A stretch of 63,385 nucleotides of DNA from a virus. Made by a program: the position numbers and the translations under genes. The stretch lies in IMG/VR virus record IMGVR_UViG_3300046533_000294, positions 1 through 63,385 of that record; one strand, 5' to 3'. The notes under the pieces are model-generated. The model had not been told where the DNA came from. It did not search any database and saw only the letters and a list, made by a program, of their open reading frames with translations. Below are positions 63,056 to 63,385 of this stretch, in pieces (the first letter of the stretch is position 1; every line of letters begins with the position of its first letter).

Positions 63056-63375
63056 TACCTGCTTTTCGAGACGAGCTTGCCGTTGTCGAAGCAGAACTGA
63101 TAGCTGCCGTTCTGGCTGAGAATGCCGTAGTAGATACAACGGCTGTTCAATGTGCCGCCGTAGCCACCGACAGTTGTGTCGTCGCTGCTCTGAGGACTGC
63201 CGAACGAGCTTCTCACGTAGCTTTCGCTGACGCCAATTGGCATGATAGCGAAAGCATTGGGATCGACCTGAGCACTTGACTTATCGCTCGCGTCGGTGAT
63301 CCCGTGAAGTGCGAATGCTCCACCGCCTACAAAGAGGCTGAGTAGCAGCAGAATGGTGATGAATGCGCCTTTCAT
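63052..63375 (-). CDS. Exported protein with a BLIP/SmpA-OmlA-like domain
   Basis: Signal/anchor helix; IGVSESYVRSSFGSP...YY...F.FDNGKLVSK; stop is the element TGA. Confidence 0.55.
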   Translation of the reverse strand: MKGAFITILLLLSLFVGGGAFALHGITDASDKSSAQVDPNAFAIMPIGVSESYVRSSFGSPQSSDDTTVGGYGGTLNSRCIYYGILSQNGSYQFCFDNGKLVSKSRY

Positions 63376-63385
63376 TTTACGACCT

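Noticed and set aside
1-63385. Terminal repeats, integrase/att site, tRNA genes, DGR or retron
   Set aside because: No end-to-end repeat, recombinase, cloverleaf or reverse transcriptase recognised by eye; completeness and lifestyle cannot be confirmed.

Overview
The window is most or all of a tailed dsDNA phage genome with a contractile tail. It most likely infects an actinobacterium: the secreted collagen-like and Rpf-like proteins suggest this, and Thermoleophilia is a tentative guess. The + strand (about 1.0-35.9 kb) carries lysis, packaging, a Mu-like head, two very large repeat-rich fibre-like proteins, sheath/tube/tape measure, baseplate and holin. The - strand (35.9-63.4 kb) carries a divergent ThyX, HU, an Rpf-like protein, DnaE, a nucleotide-modification-like cluster (methyltransferase, MazG/Nmad-like, SDR, HAD, flavoprotein), a primase-MCM-like helicase, recombination genes, a SNF2 helicase and an array of small early-type genes. 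No integrase, tRNA or CRISPR array was seen. The most striking unexplained feature is a family of 12 structured intergenic elements (55.6-63.1 kb). Each begins at or next to the upstream stop codon and forms a long hairpin with variable sequence and an invariant G.G mismatch. Most overlap a mutually exclusive short hairpin, and all end in a GAAGGAGGG-type Shine-Dalgarno. Also notable: the first 423 bp contain no TG or CA dinucleotide, and an inverted homologous CG-rich element occurs in both large non-coding regions. All protein calls are from motif recognition by eye, not database searches.
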